NCBI GenBank assembly: GCA_030037495.1
Contig: JASHRG010000007.1
Location: 22,718-86,717, forward strand
From: Candidatus Micrarchaeota archaeon
GTDB lineage: Archaea > Micrarchaeota > Micrarchaeia > Micrarchaeales > Micrarchaeaceae
Direction: 5' to 3'
DNA: 64,000 nucleotides
In this document: positions 7,675 to 15,150 of the stretch, piece after piece
How the letters are laid out: every line of letters begins with the position of its first letter
How positions within the stretch are numbered: the stretch's first letter is position 1
Program-made: the position numbers and the translations under genes
The notes under the pieces: model-generated
Databases searched by the model: none
What the model was told of the DNA's origin: nothing
The model's input: only the letters and a program-made list of their open reading frames with translations

Positions 7675-9474
7675 ATGTGGTTTAAGGTTTATAATGGTGC
7701 TTTTATGAGTTTAGCGAAAGCTCTCGATGCTCTTTTACAGAATAAAAATTTCAATATTTATGATGGTAAGTTTACGGTAAAGCTAGGTGTTTCGAGGCTT
7801 GCCCTGATGAGGAAGCCGAGCTACAGCATAAGGTATAATGGAAAGTATGCAGAGGTTGTGAAACTCAACAATTTCAGGTGGTGCAAGAGGGTTATGGACG
7901 TCTTTATTGTGCCTGAGGATGAGCCAAACCCACATGTCCTGATAGTTGGGATGAGTGGATTCGGAAAAAGCTCTCTTCTCAAATCAATAATAGTAGGCGT
8001 GCAAAGGGCTGGAAAGGGCATAATAGTATTTGACGCGCATGACGAGCACGAAAATATCGTAAGAGCGGTGAACGGCACGGTGTTCAGCGCTGCTGATTCT
8101 GGAATCAACCTGCTTGACCTTTCAGGGGAGACTGTTGGTGAAAGGATATCTGGTCTTACAAACCTGTTCAGGTCTGTCTTCTCGCTGGGCTATGTGCAGA
8201 CAACCAAGCTCGGGGAATGCTTGTGGTACACTTATAGGAAGTGCGGCGCTGCTAGCAGGAACGACAGGCACATATCAAAGACCCCTACTCTAAAGGAACT
8301 GCTTGCAGAGATAAGCATCTTTGTCAAGAACGCAAGGAACAGCGGTGAGATGCACACGCTTATGCATCTGAGGAACAGGCTTGCGCTGCTTAGCTCGTCG
8401 GCTTTCCTCAACAGCACGCTCAGCATAGATGGAGTAATCAGGGGCGTGAGCTCGTTCTCGCTGTCAAGGCTAAGGTCCAGGGAGGCGCAGATGGTCTACA
8501 TAGGGGAACTGCTCAGAAGGCTTTATGCAACGATGAAGGACAATGCAAAGGAATCGGGGTTAAACCTCTATATAATACTAGATGAGGCGCAGTTCCTGAT
8601 AAACAGTTCTGAGGGCAGGGAAAGCGTGGTCAACGACCTTATCGGTGAAGGCAGGAAGTATGGCGTTGGCGTCATAATAGCCACGCACAACGCAAGCAGC
8701 CTTAGCAAGAGAATTGTCTCTAACGCTTCTACGTTCATAGCCTTCTTTTCCAGAGAGCCCACGGAAACCAATTATGTTGCAAACCTGCTTGCAGGTGGCA
8801 GCGCAGACGCCGCATCTATGATAAAAGAGAGGATAAAGGTGCTGAAGCAAAACGAGGCGATAGTTGTAAACGCTTGCGTAAGGGAGCCTACCGTTGTTGA
8901 GACGCCAAGGTTTGACGCTGTGGAGCTGCCAGTAAATGACAACTATTCCAAGAGGGCGAGCGCTCTTGAGTTTGCGCACAAGCCTGTCCTGGAATCTGAG
9001 CTTGTTGGGTATGGAGAGGAGCTTGTGAAGAGGCTTGTTTCGACAGGGGAGCTTGACGGCATACAGATAGAATGGAACGGAAAGAAGGAGCGCTGGTACA
9101 TGAAGCACAGCACATCGCTCAGTGTTGAGCACGAGGTTCTTGTTAGGAAGATTGCCCTGCGGCTTTCCGATCTTGGGATAAGCAATGTGATAAGGGATGG
9201 TCCATATTCTCCTGACCTTGTTGTGCACTACAATGGATGGAAGATTGCTGTTGAATACGAGACTGGGAAGAAGCATATGCATGCATCGATGCAGATGTTC
9301 GCAGACAGGGGCAGGGTTTACGATAGTGTACTTGTTGTTGTGAATGACAAGTATTTTAAAAGGTACAAGAAGTTCTTTGAAACTGACTTGGTTCATGTGA
9401 TGAAGTTTGGTTCACTGAATGGCATAAAGACCTTTCTTGACGAGATAGTTGCGCATGGGAAGATAACCGGCTAA
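7675..9474 (+). CDS. HerA/FtsK/VirB4-type (DUF87-like) P-loop ATPase fused to C-terminal Hjc-like PD-(D/E)xK nuclease domain
   Basis: Walker A VGMSGFGKSS (aa 91-100), Walker B LYIILDEAQFL (aa 298-308) and GRKYGVGVIIATHN. The C-terminal ~120 aa carry SVEHEVLV...SPDLVVHYNGWKIAVEYETGKK, which fits the E...PD...ExE..K spacing of resolvase/restriction-endonuclease folds. Confidence 0.65.
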   Translation: MWFKVYNGAFMSLAKALDALLQNKNFNIYDGKFTVKLGVSRLALMRKPSYSIRYNGKYAEVVKLNNFRWCKRVMDVFIVPEDEPNPHVLIVGMSGFGKSSLLKSIIVGVQRAGKGIIVFDAHDEHENIVRAVNGTVFSAADSGINLLDLSGETVGERISGLTNLFRSVFSLGYVQTTKLGECLWYTYRKCGAASRNDRHISKTPTLKELLAEISIFVKNARNSGEMHTLMHLRNRLALLSSSAFLNSTLSIDGVIRGVSSFSLSRLRSREAQMVYIGELLRRLYATMKDNAKESGLNLYIILDEAQFLINSSEGRESVVNDLIGEGRKYGVGVIIATHNASSLSKRIVSNASTFIAFFSREPTETNYVANLLAGGSADAASMIKERIKVLKQNEAIVVNACVREPTVVETPRFDAVELPVNDNYSKRASALEFAHKPVLESELVGYGEELVKRLVSTGELDGIQIEWNGKKERWYMKHSTSLSVEHEVLVRKIALRLSDLGISNVIRDGPYSPDLVVHYNGWKIAVEYETGKKHMHASMQMFADRGRVYDSVLVVVNDKYFKRYKKFFETDLVHVMKFGSLNGIKTFLDEIVAHGKITG

Positions 9475-9509
9475 GCAGCCTTTTAAAGCTGTGATTCTAT
9501 TCTTGTAGC

Positions 9510-10385
9510 ATGGGTCAGAACTTTCTTGCTGCGGTGGCAAGGCTGACAAGGATAGAGCATTCCATAATGCTTGTTATAGCAGTAATCGCCGCAGAGCTGA
9601 TCGCCGGCGGGCTCCCTGCCACATGGATCCTTGTTCTGAGCCTTGCTACACCTATTTTGTCAAACATGGGCGCTTTTGCAATAAACGACTACTTTGACGT
9701 AGAAACTGACAAGGTCAACAAGCGGCTTGACCGGCCGATAGTCTCGGGTGCGATAAATAAGAAGGACGCTTACAGGATTGCAGTCCTCTGTTTGGTGCTC
9801 GGAGCGCTCGCAAGCCTTCCCATAAACACCTATGCCTTTGTCATCGCTGTGTTGTTCGGCGCTTTGAACTACCTCTACAGCTACAAGCTCAAGGACACTC
9901 TCCTTGTTGGCAACATAGTTGTCGCGCTATCCATGGCGGTCCCGTTCCTGTATGGCAATTTCGTTATCTCTGGCACGCTCAATACAAACATATTCCTAAT
10001 AATGCTTATGGTGTTCCTGGCAGGGATGGGCCGTGAGATACATGGGATGATCAGGGACAGGGCTGGCGACCTCAAGGCCAGGCACAGCTCGAATCTTGTG
10101 CAGGTGATAGGGGTGAAGGACTCTGCCCTGTGGGCGTGCAGCTTCTATGTAGAAAGCATAGCTATTGGGCTATTCCTCTTTATTTTCCAGCTGCCATTCA
10201 GGTACAACCTGGTCTACATAATACCAATAACTGTAGTTAACCTTGCCTTCATGTATGTTGCTGCAGGGTACCTGACCGTCGACACGCGGAAATTCTTTGA
10301 CCTTTCGAGAAACCTGAGCCTTGCGGCAATGGCGCTTGGCTTGGTTGCTTTCCTGGTCTCTGCCATATTCTATGTTCCAATCTAA
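9510..10385 (+). CDS. UbiA-family prenyltransferase, probably digeranylgeranylglyceryl phosphate synthase
   Basis: The NDYFDVETDKVNKRLDRPIVSG signature plus 8-9 TM segments. Assignment to DGGGP synthase is by archaeal context only. Confidence 0.65.
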   Translation: MGQNFLAAVARLTRIEHSIMLVIAVIAAELIAGGLPATWILVLSLATPILSNMGAFAINDYFDVETDKVNKRLDRPIVSGAINKKDAYRIAVLCLVLGALASLPINTYAFVIAVLFGALNYLYSYKLKDTLLVGNIVVALSMAVPFLYGNFVISGTLNTNIFLIMLMVFLAGMGREIHGMIRDRAGDLKARHSSNLVQVIGVKDSALWACSFYVESIAIGLFLFIFQLPFRYNLVYIIPITVVNLAFMYVAAGYLTVDTRKFFDLSRNLSLAAMALGLVAFLVSAIFYVPI

Positions 10386-10428
10386 GCCTTGAATACGTTT
10401 TTATTCTTTGGTTTTGTTTCATAATTAG

Positions 10429-11325
10429 ATGGCTATGCGCGGAAGGAAGGCACAGACTGCGGCAGAGTACCTGCTTGCATATGGATGGACCCTGATACTT
10501 GTTGGTATAATCATTTTTGCGCTCTTCGAGCTTGGCTTCTTTGCTGGCAGCAACTTTGCGACAAGGGCGCAGCCAGACACCTGCACCGTAGTAAAGACTA
10601 TCAACAGCTCACCTGCGCTGCGCGGCGACTGCTCAGGCCAGCTGCCTCAGTCCGTTGCATCGTTCAATCCATTGCTTGGCAGCTCCTACATATCAGGTGC
10701 TTCTGGGGGCGCATTTCCCTCTGGGCATGGAGCTTTCAGCGAATTTGCATGGGTAAACACTCTGAACAACAACCAGGAAACGATATTCGCTTTCGGAGGA
10801 ACGGCACAGGGAGCAGGAATTGTGTTCAGCATAGCTGGCGGAGTAAATAGCGGTACGCTGCTTGTAAGCGACTTCTACAAGAGCATAAGCGGAGTTGTTG
10901 GAGGAGTAAATGACGGTAACTGGCATTTTGTTGGAGTTGTCCATCCTGCAAACTCAAGCGAATTTGACATGTTTGTTGACGGGCAGTGGAGCAACAGCTC
11001 AATCCCAGGGTCGGTTGACCTGTACAACAGCGGCAGCTTCTGGATTGGCAGCGAGCCTGTCTCATTGACAAAACAGTACCAGTACTCTGGCCAGATTGCA
11101 AACATACAGTTGTACAACACGTCTCTGAATGGGCAGCAGGTCGAGAACCTTTGGCTTGGCGGCATAGGGGCAGCACCATCAACTACAGAAGGCCTTGCAG
11201 GCTGGTGGCCGCTCAACGGGAACGGAGATGATTATAGCGGGAACGGCCAGGTTGGGATTCCCTACAACGTGACATTTGTAACAACCTGGACAGGGACTTA
11301 CACTGCTCCCTCACTGCCGCAGTAG
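10429..11325 (+). CDS. secreted/pilin-like protein with class III (type IV pilin-like) signal peptide and LamG/concanavalin-like domain
   Basis: The N-terminus MAMRGRKA-QTAAEYL followed by a hydrophobic helix fits the archaeal prepilin (QxSxEY-type) signal. The remainder (DGNWHFVGVV, LYNTSLNGQQVENLW, GLAGWWPLNGNGDDYSGNG) resembles LamG_3-type domains. There are many N-x-S/T sequons. Confidence 0.6.
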   Translation: MAMRGRKAQTAAEYLLAYGWTLILVGIIIFALFELGFFAGSNFATRAQPDTCTVVKTINSSPALRGDCSGQLPQSVASFNPLLGSSYISGASGGAFPSGHGAFSEFAWVNTLNNNQETIFAFGGTAQGAGIVFSIAGGVNSGTLLVSDFYKSISGVVGGVNDGNWHFVGVVHPANSSEFDMFVDGQWSNSSIPGSVDLYNSGSFWIGSEPVSLTKQYQYSGQIANIQLYNTSLNGQQVENLWLGGIGAAPSTTEGLAGWWPLNGNGDDYSGNGQVGIPYNVTFVTTWTGTYTAPSLPQ

Positions 11326-11326
11326 A

Positions 11327-11998
11327 TTATTGCTCCTGCCTGAATGCTTTTGTGTCAGTCTTTGCTTCGAAGTCCTCGGCGGTGAACTTGAACTCTGAGT
11401 AGTCCTTTATCGCTCCCCTTGCCCTGAGGACCTCTCTTGCGAGAAGATAGTAGATGAACGCGAGCGACTTCCTGCCTCGGTTGTTAGCTGGTATTATGAG
11501 GTCGACAAACTTCGTTGAGTTGTCTGTGTCGCTCAGCGCTATTATCGGTATGTTCTTCATGCTGGCTTCCTTTATCGCCTGCTTCTCGTTTCTTGAGTCA
11601 CTTATCATTATAAGCCCTGCCTCCATGTAGTCGTCCCTGTGCGGGTTTGTGAATATTCCTGGGGTTACCCTCCCTTTTATGAACTTAGCGCCTATTATGC
11701 CTGCAAATTTCTCTGCTGCAACAATCGCATAGATCCTCGATGCTGTGACTACCACGTCCTTTGGATTATACGCTGCTATCATTCCAGCTGCAACGCGGAT
11801 CTTCGCGTCTATGTTCTTGAGCTCAAGCAGGTATAGGCCATCCTCTCTTGTCTTGTATATGAAGCGCTTCATGCCAGCGCTCTTCACCTTTGTTGCTATG
11901 TTTATGCCAACTTGGAGATAGTCGTCCCTGTTTACCAGGAGCGACTCCCCTGGCTCATCATGGCGCTCTTCCTGAACAGTTTCCATGTTTTCCTCCAT
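11327..11998 (-). CDS. rps2: 30S ribosomal protein S2 (uS2)
   Basis: VVVTASRIYAIVAAEKFAGIIGAKFIKGRVTPGIFTNP and IIALSDTDNS motifs. It occupies the end of the rpoD-L18e-L13-S9-rpoN...S2 cluster. Confidence 0.9.
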   Translation of the reverse strand: MEENMETVQEERHDEPGESLLVNRDDYLQVGINIATKVKSAGMKRFIYKTREDGLYLLELKNIDAKIRVAAGMIAAYNPKDVVVTASRIYAIVAAEKFAGIIGAKFIKGRVTPGIFTNPHRDDYMEAGLIMISDSRNEKQAIKEASMKNIPIIALSDTDNSTKFVDLIIPANNRGRKSLAFIYYLLAREVLRARGAIKDYSEFKFTAEDFEAKTDTKAFRQEQ

Positions 11999-12009
11999 AA
12001 GTACACCGA

Positions 12010-12096
12010 TGGGGCCGCCGAGATTTTCAGAAATTCTTTTGAACTCGGGTCGCTACCACCCCAAGGTAGAAGCCTACCAAGCTAGCAGACGGCCCC
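12010..12096 (-). tRNA. tRNA-Pro (anticodon GGG) with ~14-nt intron inside the T-loop
   Basis: Manual fold: acceptor GGGGCCG/CGGCCCC, anticodon arm CTACC-TTGGGGT-GGTAG, T stem CCGAG/CTCGG. The T stem encloses 21 nt (TTCAAAAGAATTTCTGAAAAT) instead of 7. Gene length is 87 nt. Confidence 0.75.
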
Positions 12097-12126
12097 TGAA
12101 TAATCTCTTTTCCTTTTATTATTAAA

Positions 12127-12327
12127 TCATTTCTTGTTTAATGCAATAAATTCATCAATCAGTTCAACGTTGCTTATGAACATCCTTCTGCAGCAGTACC
12201 GCTTCACGCCGAGGCTGTCCAGTACCTTTGCTGCATCCTCCTTGTTCCGGTTGACCCTTTTGTCGTATTCTTCCCATTTGTCTGCTACAACAGCACCGCA
12301 ACTGAAGCACCTGACAGGCATCATCAT
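12127..12327 (-). CDS. rpoN: DNA-directed RNA polymerase subunit N (Rpo10)
   Basis: MMMPVRCFSCGAVVADKWEEY...KRYCCRRMF is the Rpb10/RpoN zinc bundle. The longer ORF-track N-terminus overlaps S9 and is discounted. Confidence 0.9.
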   Translation of the reverse strand: MMMPVRCFSCGAVVADKWEEYDKRVNRNKEDAAKVLDSLGVKRYCCRRMFISNVELIDEFIALNKK

Positions 12328-12337
12328 TTTATCACCA

Positions 12338-12844
12338 TCATCTGTATGAAGTCTGGAACCTTGCCCTTGCCTTTGGCCCTTTGAATTTCTTTGGCTCGAC
12401 CCTTCTTGGATCGTCAACCATGAGCGACCTGTCATAGTCAAGGTACTCCCCCTTTAGCGCATCGCTTTTTGACATTGCAACCAGGGCTCTTGCTATCACC
12501 CCCCTTGTTGCCTGGATCTGGGAACTGACCCCGCCTCCGCGCACATTCACCTGTATGTCTGTCTTCTTGAGCTGTTCCTTTGCTATTTCTGATATGGCCA
12601 CAGCTTCCATTATGAGGTTTCTTGCTGCGGCAAACTCAAGAGAGTTGATATTCCTTCCGTTTATCCTTATAATCCCTTTGCCTGGCTTCACGTATGCCCT
12701 TGCGACTGTTGTCTTTCTCTTGCTTTTTACCACTATGGTCTTGTCAGCCTTCTTTGATGCCCTTCTTTTTGGTGAGGCACGCTTTGGCTTCTCTGCCTGA
12801 GGAGGGATTTCCTTGGTTTCCTGAATAACTACCTGTTCTGCCAT
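12338..12844 (-). CDS. rps9: 30S ribosomal protein S9 (uS9) with ~38-aa basic N-terminal extension
   Basis: GGGVSSQIQATRGVIARAL and the C-terminal ...ARFQTSYR are typical uS9 features. It lies in the conserved L13-S9 pair. Confidence 0.9.
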   Translation of the reverse strand: MAEQVVIQETKEIPPQAEKPKRASPKRRASKKADKTIVVKSKRKTTVARAYVKPGKGIIRINGRNINSLEFAAARNLIMEAVAISEIAKEQLKKTDIQVNVRGGGVSSQIQATRGVIARALVAMSKSDALKGEYLDYDRSLMVDDPRRVEPKKFKGPKARARFQTSYR

Positions 12845-12848
12845 TTAA

Positions 12849-13304
12849 TCACTTGTTGTAGCCCAGCATCTTTGAGAGCTCGCCGACGCTTATGTAATCG
12901 GTGTAGAGCTCCTTTGGCGCCTTAGTCTTTACCTCTATTGGTGTTGCTCCTTTAAAAGCGTCAGGGATGCCTATGAACACCACCAGCCTTTTGTATGCAG
13001 CCTTGCCGCTAGCTTTCCTGTGGTATGGCAGCATTCCCCTGACTATCCTCTTTACAAGGAAGTCAGGCCTTCTTGACCAATATGGGGAGTGCTCAGGGTT
13101 CTCCTTCTCTTGCAGATTTATCCTTGTTTCATATTTCTGCTTTAGCAGCCTCTTGTCCCCGCTTATTATGGACTTCTCCGCATTGATTATTGCTACACTT
13201 TTCCCCTGCATGAGCCTTTTTGCGACAGTGCTGGCCAGCCTGCCCAGTATCTTGTTCTTAGCGTCGAATACCTCATAATCTGCTGGCCTGCCAAGCTCCA
13301 TCAT
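12849..13304 (-). CDS. rpl13: 50S ribosomal protein L13 (uL13)
   Basis: ILGRLASTVAKRLMQGKSVAIINAEK...VRGMLP matches uL13, and the operon context agrees. Confidence 0.9.
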   Translation of the reverse strand: MMELGRPADYEVFDAKNKILGRLASTVAKRLMQGKSVAIINAEKSIISGDKRLLKQKYETRINLQEKENPEHSPYWSRRPDFLVKRIVRGMLPYHRKASGKAAYKRLVVFIGIPDAFKGATPIEVKTKAPKELYTDYISVGELSKMLGYNK

Positions 13305-13308
13305 ACCA

Positions 13309-13653
13309 CTAAATTATCACATTTATCCTGTTCTTTTCTGTCATCTCCTTTATGCTTACTATGCTGCATCCTGAGCTTCTCAGCTGGCTGCGTGCCCCAG
13401 AAGAGTACTCAAGCGCCGCTATGCTTATCTTATGGTCTATAGCGCCGTCATAAAGCACCTTCTTCGGCACGATTACGTTGTCCCCCTCGTTGGTGTGCAT
13501 GTTTATCTTCCTTGTGCTGACCGAGCCCCTGCCCCTTGAAGGCACAAGCAGCAGCCTGCGCACCTTCTTGAAAAGCGCCTGGTACCTGCTACTCTTTGAG
13601 GCATTGTCAAGCGCCTCAAGCCACTCGCTTATGTTTTCCTTCTCTGTTGCCAT
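13309..13653 (-). CDS. rpl18e: 50S ribosomal protein L18e (eL18)
   Basis: Basic eL18-like sequence located between tRNA-Leu and L13. ATG 13653 is chosen because the ORF-track start (13665) overlaps the tRNA 3' end. Confidence 0.8.
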   Translation of the reverse strand: MATEKENISEWLEALDNASKSSRYQALFKKVRRLLLVPSRGRGSVSTRKINMHTNEGDNVIVPKKVLYDGAIDHKISIAALEYSSGARSQLRSSGCSIVSIKEMTEKNRINVII

Positions 13654-13664
13654 GTTTTCCCTCA

Positions 13665-13751
13665 TGCGGAGGAAGGGATTTGAACCCTTGCAGTCACTAA
13701 AGACACAGGAGCCTCAGTCCTGCGCATTTGGCCAAGCTCTGCCACCTCCGC
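13665..13751 (-). tRNA. tRNA-Leu (anticodon GAG)
   Basis: Manual fold: acceptor GCGGAGG/CCTCCGC, anticodon arm CAGGA-CTGAGGC-TCCTG, long variable arm, T arm AAGGG-TTCAAAT-CCCTT, discriminator A. Confidence 0.9.
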
Positions 13752-13760
13752 GCTTAAGAA

Positions 13761-14333
13761 TCAGAGCTTCTTCGTCTCTTTCTCGACGTCTTTGAGCTCC
13801 TCTTTTATTGCTTCAAAAGCCTTATTAACTATTTCTTTGGGCGGCATCTGGCCAAAAGGTTCAACGTAAAAGTTGTAAGCCTCTTTTTCCTTGTCATACG
13901 TTGCGAGGCCTGGCTGGAATTTTGAGTGCCTTGCTCCTGTTCCCATCACCGCCTTGCACTCTATCCTTAGCTTCTGGCCCTCTGCAAGCTTTATTATTGG
14001 TATTGCCTCGTTGGCGACCCTGACGTCTTTGTCTGATGCCTCAAGATCCCCAGAATAAACTGTTTTTGGCCCTGTTGCATCAAGGGTGAATACTACCTCG
14101 TCTGTGTCGCTGTATCCCTTGGATGGGGTCTTTATTGGCACAAGGCCTATCCTGTGCGATATGTATTCGTCGAACATTGCAGTGGTGTTTTCATAGAATG
14201 TTATCTTGTCTATGGCGAACGTCTTGACCGCGTTCATCGCCGCCCTTCTTATTGCATTTACCATTATTGTGCTTGCGCCGCTTATGCTAAACCTGAACAC
14301 CGTGTCGTTGTTCTCAAGTACGTCTATCTTCAC
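13761..14333 (-). CDS. rpoD: DNA-directed RNA polymerase subunit D (Rpo3), short form
   Basis: The N-terminus KIDVLENNDTVFRFSISGASTIMVNAIRRA is the Rpb3/RpoD dimerisation motif. At 190 aa there is no obvious Fe-S cluster domain. Confidence 0.85.
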   Translation of the reverse strand: MKIDVLENNDTVFRFSISGASTIMVNAIRRAAMNAVKTFAIDKITFYENTTAMFDEYISHRIGLVPIKTPSKGYSDTDEVVFTLDATGPKTVYSGDLEASDKDVRVANEAIPIIKLAEGQKLRIECKAVMGTGARHSKFQPGLATYDKEKEAYNFYVEPFGQMPPKEIVNKAFEAIKEELKDVEKETKKL

Positions 14334-14482
14334 TTATTCACCGAAAAAGCGCAGTTGTGATGCGACCCCTTTGCCAATGGCAGAATGCGAGCTACATCTG
14401 CCAAGTGATAAATAGCTTTATGGCTTAATATTTATATATATTGGTGGTATTTTTGAGTTTTGAGAAGTTTCTTGACCAGGAG

Positions 14483-15094
14483 ATGGCCAATGATGACTTC
14501 AGCAAAACGCAGTACATAAAGAACTCAAAGGAGAGGCAGAACATCTCTAAGGCTAGGCTAGATTCCGATTCTGGATGCGCGTACCTAAAGACCGGAAACA
14601 TCTATTCTGGGAGATACAGCGGGGTTTCCGGGCCCAGATACGTTGCTTGCGTTGACCTTACGTACGACATAGTGCTTAGCATCTACGACAGCAACGGCGG
14701 GGTGTGTGTGGTCTACAGGTACATGAGGATGACGCCTGGCGCCGAGTCGATGATTGAAAAGACCGTGAGATCCGCGAGGGGCGCGAACTTCGAGGCAAGG
14801 TTGATTGGGATGCAGACAGGGCAGAGCCAGTTCATACTAAACGACGCGCTTGCGCTGCTGAAGAAGTTCAGGATACCTCTTTTTGAGGTAGACCTTTTTG
14901 GCACAGACGTGAGGCACACTGCCATTGACCTAAAGACCGGTGCAAGCTTTGATGTGCTTGTAGAGAACAGGCTGTACAAGCCGGGGGAGCTGCTCAACAA
15001 AACTACAATGGAACAGTTTGAGAGGGAAGCGTTTGCGCCTCCTGCTGCTGGAACCCAGTTGACAAAAAAGCAAAAAAGGGCTAAGAAAATGTGA
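14483..15094 (+). CDS. hypothetical protein with CheD-like core and lysine-rich tail
   Basis: Pattern YVACVDL..., NGGVCVVYRYM, EARLIGMQTG, ALALLKKFRIPLFEVDLFGTDVRHTAIDLKTGASFDV parallels the CheD fold (LGSCVAV.., GAMAHVMLP, KIAGGASMF, L..FGI.LV.EDTGG...R.V....TG...V). The ORF-track start is TTG 14441. Confidence 0.3.
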   Translation: MANDDFSKTQYIKNSKERQNISKARLDSDSGCAYLKTGNIYSGRYSGVSGPRYVACVDLTYDIVLSIYDSNGGVCVVYRYMRMTPGAESMIEKTVRSARGANFEARLIGMQTGQSQFILNDALALLKKFRIPLFEVDLFGTDVRHTAIDLKTGASFDVLVENRLYKPGELLNKTTMEQFEREAFAPPAAGTQLTKKQKRAKKM

Positions 15095-15104
15095 GATAAA
15101 GAAG

Positions 15105-15115
15105 GCTTTAAATAC
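15105..15115 (+). promoter_or_regulatory. putative BRE/TATA promoter for tfe
   Basis: GCTTTAAATAC ends 36 nt upstream of ATG 15151. Confidence 0.45.
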
Positions 15116-15150
15116 TCCATCATTCACAAAAACATTATCCAGTTGATTGC

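Noticed and set aside
8578-9396. 272-aa ORF antisense to the HerA-like gene. Similar long antisense ORFs occur at 21985-22827 (in nrdJ), 26292-26996 (in polB), 32911-33600 (in sufC), 52128-52805 (over L30e/S12), 60176-60955 (in the GGPPS gene) and 61124-61990 (in the sulfatase-like gene).
   Set aside because: Each lies entirely opposite a gene with strong family motifs, has a low-complexity or Ser/Leu/Cys/Pro-rich composition and shows no recognisable domain. These are typical shadow ORFs.
12328-12441. 38-aa N-terminal extension of RpoN in the ORF track (104-aa form).
   Set aside because: It overlaps the 3' end of rps9 and has no homology. The conserved RpoN sequence starts at MMMPVRCFSCG (ATG 12327).
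14334-14440. GUGAUGC / GUGAUAA box C-like strings in the rpoD upstream spacer, considered as a possible C/D sRNA.
   Set aside because: There is no CUGA box D or terminal stem in either orientation. The region is better explained as divergent promoters (AT-rich TATA elements).
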